Positions 40,297-49,402 of a stretch of DNA of 64,000 nt are shown piece by piece. The DNA is from Thermodesulfobacteriota bacterium (GTDB lineage Bacteria; Desulfobacterota; Desulfarculia; JACQYL01). The stretch lies in assembly GCA_963675595.2 (NCBI GenBank), contig CAXXLZ010000002.1, positions 2,304,001-2,368,000 on the forward strand, written 5' to 3'. A model generated the notes under the pieces. The model was not told where the DNA came from. It saw only the letters and a list, made by a program, of their open reading frames with translations, and ran no database searches. The translations under genes were made by a program, and so were the position numbers. Position 1 is the first letter of the stretch, and each line of letters begins with the position of its first letter.

Positions 40297-42429
40297 TCAG
40301 GCGCTTCCTCTTCGTACCAGGAGCATGCGGCTGTCCGCCAGAACGCAACCTTGACCTGCGGGATAAACAATCAAGGGGTTGATGTCCAGTTCCTCAATTT
40401 CAGTTTGTTCCACCATCAGCTGAGACAGACGCAGCAGGCATTCCTGAATCGCCGCCACATCCGACGCCGGCATTCCGCGAACCCCTTTGAGCATTTTGTA
40501 CATCTTGAGGTGCTCGATCATGCGTTCGGCGCTCCTTTCCCACATGGGAGCGAGACGGAAGGTCACGTCTTTGATGATTTCCACGAAAGTCCCACCCAGG
40601 CCCACCATGATCATGGGACCGAATTTCGAGTCCCGATTGGCGCCCAAAATCACCTCGACACCTTTCCGGGCCATCTGTTCCACTCGAATTCCGTTGATTC
40701 TCGCCTCCGGGAATCCACTCTTCACGTTGGATAGGATATCGTGATACGCCTTTTTCGCCTGGGCCTCCGTCTTGATCTTGAGCACTACGCCGCCGGCATC
40801 GAACTTGTGGACCACGTCCGGAGAATCGATCTTCATGGCCACCGGGAACCCCAAGTCGTTGAGGATCTCGCCCAATTGCTCTTCCTTCTTGGCGAGACCG
40901 GCCCGCAGCGTGGGGAAACCGTAGCAGGAAAGCACTTCGTTGGCTTCCGACTGGGGAAGATAGGCCGAGGATTCGGAGCCCAGCTTGCTTATGATCAGCC
41001 GGTTCGCCTTGTCCTTGTCCACGTCGAAAGTCTTGTATTGTCGCCCCGTAAGGTCCATGCGGCCGGTGAAGTAGACCATGCTGGCCAAGGCGTGCACCGC
41101 CTGCTCGGCCAGAAAATAGTTGGGATATCCGTGGCTCTCCAAGTAGCGCACTCCCTCGGATACGTCCACGATGCCCATGAATACGCAGAGGACCGGTTTG
41201 TCAATCCCTTCACAGGCCCGTGGAATAATTTCCGCGGTTTCGAGAATATCCGTGATGGCCTGAGGCGACATGATGACGATGGCGCCGGCAACGTTGGGAT
41301 CGCGAAGCACGGTTCGAATTGCGGCCTCATAACGCTCGTGACCGGCGTCCCCGATGATGTCCACGGGGTTCCGCACGCTCGCCGCGGGGGGGAGCACCGC
41401 CTTCAGATTCTCTTTGGTGGATTCCTCGAGTTCGGCCAGTTCCAGGTTAACACGGTAGGCCGCGTCCACGGCCATGATGCCGGGTCCTCCCGCGTTGGTT
41501 ATGATGGCGAAGCGGTTGCCTTTGGGCAGGGGTTGGCGGGCGAAGGCGATGGCCGCGTCGAACACCTGGCTCAAATTGTCCATGCGTTGAATCCCGCTCT
41601 GGAGGAATATGGCGTCATAAGCCGTATCGGAACCGGCCAAAGCGCCGGTGTGAGACGAAGCCGCCGCGGCTCCTCTGGGGGATCGGCCGGATTTCATCGC
41701 CAGCATGGGTTTCTGGTATCTCCAGTTGATCTCCTGGGCGGTTTCCAAAAAGCGTCGTCCGTCCGTGATATCCTCGAGATACATGACGATCACTTCCGTA
41801 TCGGGGTCGTCCTTCAGGTAGTTGAGCAGATCGATCTCATCCACGTCCGCCTTGTTTCCGAAGGAGATGAATTTGGAAAATCCGATGTTATGGCCGGAGG
41901 CGTAGTCCATGATGGCCGTGCACAATGCGCCGCTCTGCGAAATCACGGCGATCTTCCCCGTCCTGGGCATGATCCGGCTGAAACTGGCATTCATGGCGAT
42001 TTCCGGATTGGTATTGATGATACCCAGGCAGTTGGGACCGATCATGGAAATTCCAAGCTCGGCCACCCGTGCTTTGAGCTTCTTTTCCTGTTCGAGCCCC
42101 TCTCCTCCGACCTCCTTAAACCCGGCGGTGATCACGATGACCCCTTTGACGCCTTTTGCCGCGGCCTCTTCCACCACGCTTTCCACGGCTCCCACCGGAA
42201 CGATGACCACGGCCAGGTCCAACGGGTCCGGGATATCGAGTATGGAAGGATAGGCCCGGATCGCCTGCACGAAGCGCGTCCGGTTGTTCACCGGGTAGAC
42301 GCCGCCGGTGAACCCGCCTTGGATCAGGTTCTGCATCACGGCACGTCCGACGCTCCCCGGACGGTTCGTGGCCCCGATAACGGCCACGGACTGAGGAGAA
42401 AACATGGACTTAAGATGATCCAAACGCAT
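40297..42429 (-). CDS. ADP-forming acyl-CoA synthetase, fused alpha-beta
   Basis: PQSVAVIGAT, GPNCLG, SQSGA, SHTGALAG phospho-His, C-terminal ATP-grasp (HKFDAGGV, ELDINPL). Confidence 0.92.
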   Translation of the reverse strand: MRLDHLKSMFSPQSVAVIGATNRPGSVGRAVMQNLIQGGFTGGVYPVNNRTRFVQAIRAYPSILDIPDPLDLAVVIVPVGAVESVVEEAAAKGVKGVIVITAGFKEVGGEGLEQEKKLKARVAELGISMIGPNCLGIINTNPEIAMNASFSRIMPRTGKIAVISQSGALCTAIMDYASGHNIGFSKFISFGNKADVDEIDLLNYLKDDPDTEVIVMYLEDITDGRRFLETAQEINWRYQKPMLAMKSGRSPRGAAAASSHTGALAGSDTAYDAIFLQSGIQRMDNLSQVFDAAIAFARQPLPKGNRFAIITNAGGPGIMAVDAAYRVNLELAELEESTKENLKAVLPPAASVRNPVDIIGDAGHERYEAAIRTVLRDPNVAGAIVIMSPQAITDILETAEIIPRACEGIDKPVLCVFMGIVDVSEGVRYLESHGYPNYFLAEQAVHALASMVYFTGRMDLTGRQYKTFDVDKDKANRLIISKLGSESSAYLPQSEANEVLSCYGFPTLRAGLAKKEEQLGEILNDLGFPVAMKIDSPDVVHKFDAGGVVLKIKTEAQAKKAYHDILSNVKSGFPEARINGIRVEQMARKGVEVILGANRDSKFGPMIMVGLGGTFVEIIKDVTFRLAPMWERSAERMIEHLKMYKMLKGVRGMPASDVAAIQECLLRLSQLMVEQTEIEELDINPLIVYPAGQGCVLADSRMLLVRRGSA

Positions 42430-42716
42430 GGGCACGCTCCGTTTCTGGGTTGGGCTTCCGTTCTTCGATAATGTAGACCAACGATTCATTCAAACCGACC
42501 CAAATTATACCACGCCCCACGGGCTGCAAAAAAACGCTTTCCATAGAAAGTATTCACCCCTTTCTTCCTGCATATTTTCAACGGCATCCGATCGCAGCCC
42601 CCGAACATCGTGGTTATTGTAAGTTTGTCTATTCATACCTGACTCTTTTTTTGTACGGATGATGGACAGTTGTTGGAAGCACAAAGTAACGGTCTTTTCG
42701 GAGAAGGAGAACCAAA

Positions 42717-43280
42717 ATGCGAACAATTCTTCCAGTTGAAAGCAAGAGTCTGTTGGTATCGGCCCTTATCGCCTGGCTGCTGCTGTTTCCTTCGGCGATT
42801 AAGGCCGAAGATTCCGGCCCCGTGATGGCCTACGGCATGGAAGTCATGCTGCAGGGAGGGAAAATGGTCACACGAGGAGCGGAGCTGCTTACAAAGGGTC
42901 TGGAACTGGTGGAAGCGGGTAACGCCTCCGGAGACGCCGGTTTGGTCGAAACCGGCAAACGACTCATCGCGGACGGCAAGGACATGATGGCCAAGGGTGA
43001 GGCCGTGATGAAGGAAGGGAAGAAGATGGCGGCGGGCGGCGGTCACGAAATGAAGGCGCGCGCGGAGCACAAAATGATGAAGAATCGACCGGATGCCCAC
43101 GAAGGCGATCATTCCCAACCGGGTGCCGCTCCCGCTTCCAAGAAGGAATGCAAAAATAAGGGTGACATGGATCACAAAGCGGGCGGCGCGGAGGTGAAGG
43201 CCGGCCAGCCGGCCGCCGAGGCGGCCCACGACCACGGAGGAGCCATGCCCGAAGCGGCTGAAAAGTCCCCTCAAGAATAG
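42717..43280 (+). CDS. Secreted Met/His-rich hypothetical protein
   Basis: AAGGAG RBS, signal peptide ending IKA, 14 Met and 7 His. Confidence 0.75.
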   Translation: MRTILPVESKSLLVSALIAWLLLFPSAIKAEDSGPVMAYGMEVMLQGGKMVTRGAELLTKGLELVEAGNASGDAGLVETGKRLIADGKDMMAKGEAVMKEGKKMAAGGGHEMKARAEHKMMKNRPDAHEGDHSQPGAAPASKKECKNKGDMDHKAGGAEVKAGQPAAEAAHDHGGAMPEAAEKSPQE

Positions 43281-43337
43281 TCCGGGGTTGACGCTTCAGG
43301 GTCGATGCATTTCGGGGGAAGCGTCGAGACCGAATTG

Positions 43338-43369
43338 AAAGGGCCGATCCCCTTGGGGACCGGCCCTTT
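43338..43369. terminator. Bidirectional terminator
   Basis: AAAGGGCCG-TCCCC / GGGGA-CGGCCCTTT inverted repeat between convergent genes. Confidence 0.65.
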
Positions 43370-43437
43370 GTTTTCCAAAGCCCGATTCGCCGCTTCCCTG
43401 ACGGGAAAAGGATTCTCGGCAGAAGCCGCCCGGAGAA

Positions 43438-45189
43438 TCAGTCGATCACGGGCGGATTGTCGCATCCCGAATAGGTTACCGTAATGGGGTCCTCACCGGC
43501 ACATTGAAACACCACCTGACCTCCGGTGGGATGAGTGCAGTCTATTCCCACATCCATGGTGAGGTCCGTCACCGTCAGTGTGGCCCCGCCGTAGCTGCTG
43601 GTCTTTTCGGCACTCGTATTTACCGTGAGAATGTCCTGGTCCCGTACCACGATCAGATCCGCAATCAGCGTGCGGGTACTCGCCTCTTCGGTCACCGCCA
43701 TGTTGGTGGTGATTTCCAGGGTCCCCCCGTCGTCGCCCATGTCGCCGTCAAAAGTCGCCTTGCCCGTGACGGACAGATCGGGAACTCCGAAGTTATTGAA
43801 GGTGAGGTCCGCCTCCAGGTTCGGGGAGTCGCTCGTCGGATTCTCGATGACGCCGCTGATGCTGAACGCCCCGGACAAGGGCACCCCGTCGGCCACGAAG
43901 GAAGTCGAAGTGAACACCAGCGAAAAAGGTATTTCCGTTGCCGAAGTGCCATCAGCCGAAAACGACAGGGAGCCGGCTCCCGAAAAGGACCAGTCTCCTT
44001 GAGTTAGATTCGACGAAGTGATGGCTACCAGGCCGGAGATTTGCGCCGACGAAGTACTGCCGGACACTTCCAGATCCAGGCTCCCGGAGATGCTCCCATT
44101 GAGAGGATCGCCGTCTGCTCCCGCATCCAGGTTGGTGAACGTCGCCTCCAAGCTTCCGCTTATGTCGAGATCCAGGGGTGGAGAATAGTCCACGTCGAGA
44201 TTCGAGAGGTGCAGTTCCATGGAACCGGAATACAACCGTCCGTCCACGGTGCACCCCGTCCCGAAATCCACGACGATGTCCAGTTCGGATGGTGGCTTCA
44301 GCTTGAAGAAATCCGTAATGGGCGGATCCACCGTAACCTCGGGGCATCCGGAAGAACCTCCCGCCAGGATCGCGTCCAGGATGACCTGTCCCACGCCCAG
44401 AAGATCGTTAAAAGAGCCTCCGGCGGACAATTCGATAAGTTCCCGGATATTTTCCACCAATCCTCCGGCTTCAGCCTCACCCACATCACAGCCGCCCGGA
44501 TCATCCGATACGTCCGGCGCGATGAACTCTTGATCCAAGGACCAAGAGTCGGAGCCTCCGCCTCCCCGTTGAATCACCGCATCCACCGAATCGCCCGTAT
44601 TGAACGTCAGTTCCAGGGTGTCCTCGGAACCCGGAAGCAGACTCGATGCATGTACGCCGTCCCGATAATCCGAGTCCAGAAAGACTTCAAACGTCACCAG
44701 GTCCTGGGTAAGAATCGCGATTACGGAATGATAGGTCTCGTAAAATTGGAGATAAAGATTCGTGGTCACCGGGTCGGGCTTGTACAAGCCGTCTCCCGAC
44801 CGGTCGGCGTCCGGCGACGCGAACTGCCGCGAAAAAGAGTACGACGTGGAACTTGCCGGCGTGAGGGCCCCCGCTTCGGCCACATCGGACGCAGTCAGGG
44901 ACGCTTGCGCGGTGAAGGTCGTCTCGTTGAAATTCATGACGAGGTGTTCTTGAGGATTGTTCAAAGCGTCCACATCGACTCCGTCTCGATAGTCGGAATC
45001 CAGGAACACGTGCCAGTGCTGCAGGTCGGGGGTCAAGATCACGATGATCGACTTGGTGGTGTAAGTTTGGACATAGGCGCTCATGGCGTCGTCCGCGGTC
45101 TTGTAAATCCCGTCCAAAGCAGCGCCCGCCGTAGCGGCCGATGCAACGCACACCAGCAGGACCAAACAAACCGCGAGTCTTCTTCTCAT
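43438..45189 (-). CDS. Secreted acidic hypothetical protein with a duplicated N-terminal domain
   Basis: GGAGG RBS, Sec signal, two ~100-aa repeats, S/T/G/D-rich beta-like C-terminal half. Confidence 0.8.
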   Translation of the reverse strand: MRRRLAVCLVLLVCVASAATAGAALDGIYKTADDAMSAYVQTYTTKSIIVILTPDLQHWHVFLDSDYRDGVDVDALNNPQEHLVMNFNETTFTAQASLTASDVAEAGALTPASSTSYSFSRQFASPDADRSGDGLYKPDPVTTNLYLQFYETYHSVIAILTQDLVTFEVFLDSDYRDGVHASSLLPGSEDTLELTFNTGDSVDAVIQRGGGGSDSWSLDQEFIAPDVSDDPGGCDVGEAEAGGLVENIRELIELSAGGSFNDLLGVGQVILDAILAGGSSGCPEVTVDPPITDFFKLKPPSELDIVVDFGTGCTVDGRLYSGSMELHLSNLDVDYSPPLDLDISGSLEATFTNLDAGADGDPLNGSISGSLDLEVSGSTSSAQISGLVAITSSNLTQGDWSFSGAGSLSFSADGTSATEIPFSLVFTSTSFVADGVPLSGAFSISGVIENPTSDSPNLEADLTFNNFGVPDLSVTGKATFDGDMGDDGGTLEITTNMAVTEEASTRTLIADLIVVRDQDILTVNTSAEKTSSYGGATLTVTDLTMDVGIDCTHPTGGQVVFQCAGEDPITVTYSGCDNPPVID

Positions 45190-45300
45190 GGATCATGACC
45201 TCCTGCGAAGAATTAGAATTGGCGTCCGGCGGCATATCCGACCGCCGGGACGAGATATCTCCGGCCCGTCGCCCCGCGGAATCCTTCACGCGGCTCAAAT

Positions 45301-45528
45301 CTATCGTTCAGATTCTTCGGAATCGGGTTCGTGACCCGGCACCGGTCCGAAAACGGCGCCACGGAACACTTTCCTTATCCAAAGGATGGTCATTCCACCG
45401 CCCAGAACTCCTCCCAGCTTCAGACCCCAGCCGGGAGGCCACTCGGCGAGCCTGGCGACGGCCATCCCTATGAAAAAACCCAGAAAACAAGCAACCACAA
45501 CACCGGCGATACCTTTCAGGACTTTCAT
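45301..45528 (-). CDS. Small two-TM membrane protein
   Basis: GGAGG RBS, two hydrophobic segments. Confidence 0.6.
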   Translation of the reverse strand: MKVLKGIAGVVVACFLGFFIGMAVARLAEWPPGWGLKLGGVLGGGMTILWIRKVFRGAVFGPVPGHEPDSEESER

Positions 45529-45893
45529 GAACCCTCCCGAATGGGTTGCCTTGAAGGTAGGTTCGTGGAGAAGACAATGACACACTTCTTCAGCATCGCG
45601 AAACTGTAGCTGAATCCCCGAGTTGAATCAACGAAAAGAGGATCGACCGTCGCCGACTTGTGCACAACTCCTTGCATGTCGGGCTCATTTCCTTATCTTA
45701 TGGTCATACTTTCTTATATCCATGGACACTGGGAGGCGCGAAGTCCGAGGGAGGTGATTCCCCGTCGCTCCGGGATGGCCTGCGGCATCCGGCGTTCAGG
45801 TTCAGACAGGTGAGGGGTAAGATTATCCCGGCCTCGATCCCTCCCGAGTCGCCCCACATCCCCTCGGAGCCGGTAGATTTGGAGAAGCTTTTG

Positions 45894-47570
45894 ATGCGGA
45901 AACTCGTTTTCATATTCGGCTTGGTCATCGGGCTCGTCAGCGCTGCCGCAAGCGCCGGTTTTACAGCCGAGACGCCGTCGCCGGAAGTCATCAACAGCAT
46001 TCGGGACCGCGTCGAGAACGCAGGGTCGTGTCCGGTACTCAAAATTCGTGATCAGCTGTGCCACGCATCGCTGGTTCTTCCCCAATTCTACCGAAAAAGT
46101 GAATTCTGTCCCGTTTGGGGCAACGACAAGGGAATATCCACAGCGACATCGGAACTTCTGGAAACACTGGGCGATGCGGAACTCGAGGGACTCCGATCGT
46201 CGGATTACCACCTTTATCGGATCGAAGCCCTTGTGAAGGAAATCCGCACGGCAAGCGCCGAGGGCAAGGCCGTCGACACCGAAACCCTGGCCGACCTGGA
46301 TTTTCTGCTCACCGACGCCTTCCTCGTCTACGCCTATCATTTGCTCAACGGGCGGGTGGACCCTCAGACGGTCTCGCCCAACTGGCACATTGTACAGCCC
46401 GTCGGTGACCTGACCGAGATGTTGAGACTCGCCCTCAAATATTGCGACGTACGAAAGACATTGAAAGGGCTGGCCCCGACGGAACCCGGATACGTCAATC
46501 TGCGTAATGGGCTGAAACGATATCGAGAAATCCGGTCGTGCGGAGGCTGGATGCCTATTCCCTCAGGTCCCAAGCTCGAAAACGGGGTCACGGATCCTCG
46601 TGTGCCGGCGCTCTGCTTTCGTCTCGCCCTGGCGGGAGACTTGAAGGACGACGACATCTACCGCGGAGACCGTTTCGACGACACGCTCGAAGCGGCCGTA
46701 AGATCCTTTCAAGGCAGACACGGATTGGATCAGGACGGAGTGGTGGGCCCCCAAACACTGTCCGTATTAAACGTTCCGGTGGAAGACAGAATCCGGGCGA
46801 TTCTGGTGAACATGGAAAGATGGCGCTGGCTTCCCATAGATCTGGAAGACGAGTATCTTATGGTTGACATCGCCAACTATCACCTCTACATCGTGGAACA
46901 CAACCAGCCGGCTTTGGACATGAGAGTGGTGGTGGGCAAACCTTTCTGGAGCACGCCCGTGTTCAACGGCATGATGACCTACCTGGTGATGAATCCCTTC
47001 TGGAACGTACCCCTGAGCATCGCCTTGAAGGAGACATTGCCCGCCGCATTGAAAGATCCGGCCTATCTCGATGAGAACCGCATCCGTATGGTCAAGGGCT
47101 GGGGAGCCAAAGCGCGGATATTGGACCCCTCCTCAACGGAGTTGTCGAGGGAAGCTCTCCTACGTGCGGATTACCGGTTCCGTCAGGATTCCGGCCCGGG
47201 GAACGCATTGGGACAAATCAAGTTCATGTTCCCCAACCGCTTCAACGTTTATCTTCACGATACTCCGGCCAAGTCATTATTTCAAAGGCCCAACCGCAGC
47301 TTCAGCCACGGGTGTATCCGCGTGGAGGAACCCGTGAGACTTGCGATTTACCTTCTCAGGAACGACCCCGCTTGGCCTCCGGAGGTGATCCACCGGCAGC
47401 TGGATTCCCTGGAGTCGAAGACGGTACGGCTGCCCAAACCTCTCCCCGTCCATATTCTGTACTGGACTGCGTGGGCGGACGAAAACGGGCAAATGCGCTT
47501 TCGAGACGACGTTTATAATCGGGACGAGGCGGTGCTGAACGCTCTATTGCAGAAACCGCTCAACCCGTGA
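45894..47570 (+). CDS. L,D-transpeptidase (YcbB/LdtD family)
   Basis: PG-binding domain (FQGRHGL..DGVVG), NMERWRW, YLHDTP...SHGCIRV catalytic motif. Confidence 0.92.
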   Translation: MRKLVFIFGLVIGLVSAAASAGFTAETPSPEVINSIRDRVENAGSCPVLKIRDQLCHASLVLPQFYRKSEFCPVWGNDKGISTATSELLETLGDAELEGLRSSDYHLYRIEALVKEIRTASAEGKAVDTETLADLDFLLTDAFLVYAYHLLNGRVDPQTVSPNWHIVQPVGDLTEMLRLALKYCDVRKTLKGLAPTEPGYVNLRNGLKRYREIRSCGGWMPIPSGPKLENGVTDPRVPALCFRLALAGDLKDDDIYRGDRFDDTLEAAVRSFQGRHGLDQDGVVGPQTLSVLNVPVEDRIRAILVNMERWRWLPIDLEDEYLMVDIANYHLYIVEHNQPALDMRVVVGKPFWSTPVFNGMMTYLVMNPFWNVPLSIALKETLPAALKDPAYLDENRIRMVKGWGAKARILDPSSTELSREALLRADYRFRQDSGPGNALGQIKFMFPNRFNVYLHDTPAKSLFQRPNRSFSHGCIRVEEPVRLAIYLLRNDPAWPPEVIHRQLDSLESKTVRLPKPLPVHILYWTAWADENGQMRFRDDVYNRDEAVLNALLQKPLNP

Positions 47571-47648
47571 AAGGAGAACAACTGCGGGGCTCCATCCACC
47601 TGAAGCCCCCTCGCTTGTTCGGAACCGCGCAAAGAAGGAAAAGATACA

Positions 47649-48692
47649 ATGCGCCGTAATATTCTTTCGATGGTCTTCATTCTATGTCTCACCTTGATCG
47701 GTTTCACGTTCGGATTGAAATCCGCCGCGGCGAAGGAGATTTTCGATCCGGGACGCGCCTCCTTTTCTGTACGGGTCAACGATCAGGAATGCCCGTACCG
47801 CGTATTGGGCGTGTACGTTTTGCCCCGGGAAACCGTGACCCTGAAAACCGCTCATGACGACGGCCGACGACATTACGCCGTACGAGTCTCATCCGGAGAA
47901 CTGACCCCCTTCTCTTTCAACACCTGGACTTGGAAGGCGCCCTCAAAGCCGGGATTATACCCCATGACCTTCACGCGTCGGGCCGACGGCGACACCATCA
48001 CGTTGAACATGTTTGTCCTGGTCCCCGCTTCCCGGGTACGCAAAGGAGTCCTCAACGAATTCCGCATCGGGGAATATCCGAAACAACCCTTCAAGGGCCT
48101 ACCCATATACGGTAAACCCAAGGGCTTCATTCAAGTAACGGCGGACACGGCGGACGCCCGGGTTTCACCTCATTTCCGCCTAAGCCAGTTCCTGTGCAAA
48201 CAGCTTTGCAGTTATCCCATGTACCTGGTGCTTCGCGAACGCCTGCTCCTGAAGCTGGAATATCTTCTGGAAGAGGTGAACCGGCGGGGCTATTCCGCGG
48301 ACACCTTCTACGTAATGAGCGGATATCGGACGCCGCACTACAATCGAAGCATCGGCAATGTGGCGTACAGCCGACACATGTGGGGAGGAGCGGCGGACAT
48401 TTTCATCGATCGGAATCCGAAAGACGGAATCATGGACGATTTGAACGACGACGGGAAAATCACCGTCCACGACGCCGCAATCCTATACAACATCATCGAG
48501 GAAATTCAGGATGATCCGTCCTACCGACCTTTTATCGGAGGCATGGGAGCCTATCAGAGCACCAAGGCTCATGGGCCGTTCGTCCATGTGGATATCCGAG
48601 GATTTCGGGCCAGATGGGGCAAGCTGACGGAGAATCCCTCGTTGGCCAAAGCCAAACGGTCGCGCCCCAAAGGAAGGGAAAATACCGACTGA
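47649..48692 (+). CDS. Peptidase M15 family protein (YcbK/MepK-like C-terminal domain)
   Basis: SPHFRLSQFLCK, SGYRTP, SRHMWGGAAD, FVHVDIRG. Confidence 0.85.
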   Translation: MRRNILSMVFILCLTLIGFTFGLKSAAAKEIFDPGRASFSVRVNDQECPYRVLGVYVLPRETVTLKTAHDDGRRHYAVRVSSGELTPFSFNTWTWKAPSKPGLYPMTFTRRADGDTITLNMFVLVPASRVRKGVLNEFRIGEYPKQPFKGLPIYGKPKGFIQVTADTADARVSPHFRLSQFLCKQLCSYPMYLVLRERLLLKLEYLLEEVNRRGYSADTFYVMSGYRTPHYNRSIGNVAYSRHMWGGAADIFIDRNPKDGIMDDLNDDGKITVHDAAILYNIIEEIQDDPSYRPFIGGMGAYQSTKAHGPFVHVDIRGFRARWGKLTENPSLAKAKRSRPKGRENTD

Positions 48693-48718
48693 AGTCTCGC
48701 CGGAAGGAAAGGAAGGGG

Positions 48719-48955
48719 TCAACCACCCGCCAGAGGTGGGAACACGGCAATCAGGTCGTTTTCGTGGAGCACGTCTTCCGGCTTGGCATGTACCGCGTTT
48801 CGCAGCACGATCCGGGCCGTCTCCCTGGGGATGTTTAAGATTTCCAGGAGCTCTCCGATCGTGGTCCCTTCCTCCACCTTCATTCGTCCCGTGTCCGCCA
48901 CAAGGGGAGGATAGAGTTTTCGGAGGTCGGCAAAGAGCTTAAGTCGTATTTCCAC
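48719..48955 (-). CDS. MoaD/ThiS family sulfur carrier (start uncertain)
   Basis: IRLKLFADLR...IAVFPPLAGG-stop C-terminal Gly-Gly. Confidence 0.85.
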   Translation of the reverse strand: MEIRLKLFADLRKLYPPLVADTGRMKVEEGTTIGELLEILNIPRETARIVLRNAVHAKPEDVLHENDLIAVFPPLAGG

Positions 48956-49232
48956 TGTCTTTGAGCCCCCGAGCATAATAAATCGCCACAAAAGTATTGT
49001 AGGCCAATTGCGGGGGGAACAATCCCAAACGATCCCCGCCCGCCAGGGTGCGGTTGTCCGAGACCCCCAGATGATTCAGGAAGATGATCTTCACATCCTC
49101 CGGTTTTAGTCCGAGAGCATCCACCGCGTCTCTGATGGTGGCCCCTTCGGGCAGTTCCAATTCCAGAAGTCCGTCTCGGTGACCGGACACCTTTTTCCGT
49201 AAAAAACCGCCCAGTTTGACCTGAATGGTCAC
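48939..49232 (-). CDS. MoaD/ThiS-like protein lacking C-terminal Gly-Gly
   Basis: IQVKLGGFLR...LPEGATIRD...LGL...GDRLGLFPP, then an extension; GAGGAG RBS before GTG 49232. Confidence 0.75.
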   Translation of the reverse strand: MTIQVKLGGFLRKKVSGHRDGLLELELPEGATIRDAVDALGLKPEDVKIIFLNHLGVSDNRTLAGGDRLGLFPPQLAYNTFVAIYYARGLKDSGNTT

Positions 49233-49402
49233 CCAAGAGTCTCCTCTGCGTTCGCGTCCCGATGAAATCGAACCTTCATCGCATGCCCCAATTCCCCCCA
49301 TGGGACGAAACGGAAGGCCATGCTTGGAACTCGGAGGGGAAGGATACCGGGGACCGCCCACGCAGGGCGACCCCCGGCGTCTTGAATCGATGCGTTCACA
49401 CG

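Noticed and set aside
40741-42471. 576-aa plus-strand ORF
   Set aside because: Antisense shadow of the acyl-CoA synthetase.
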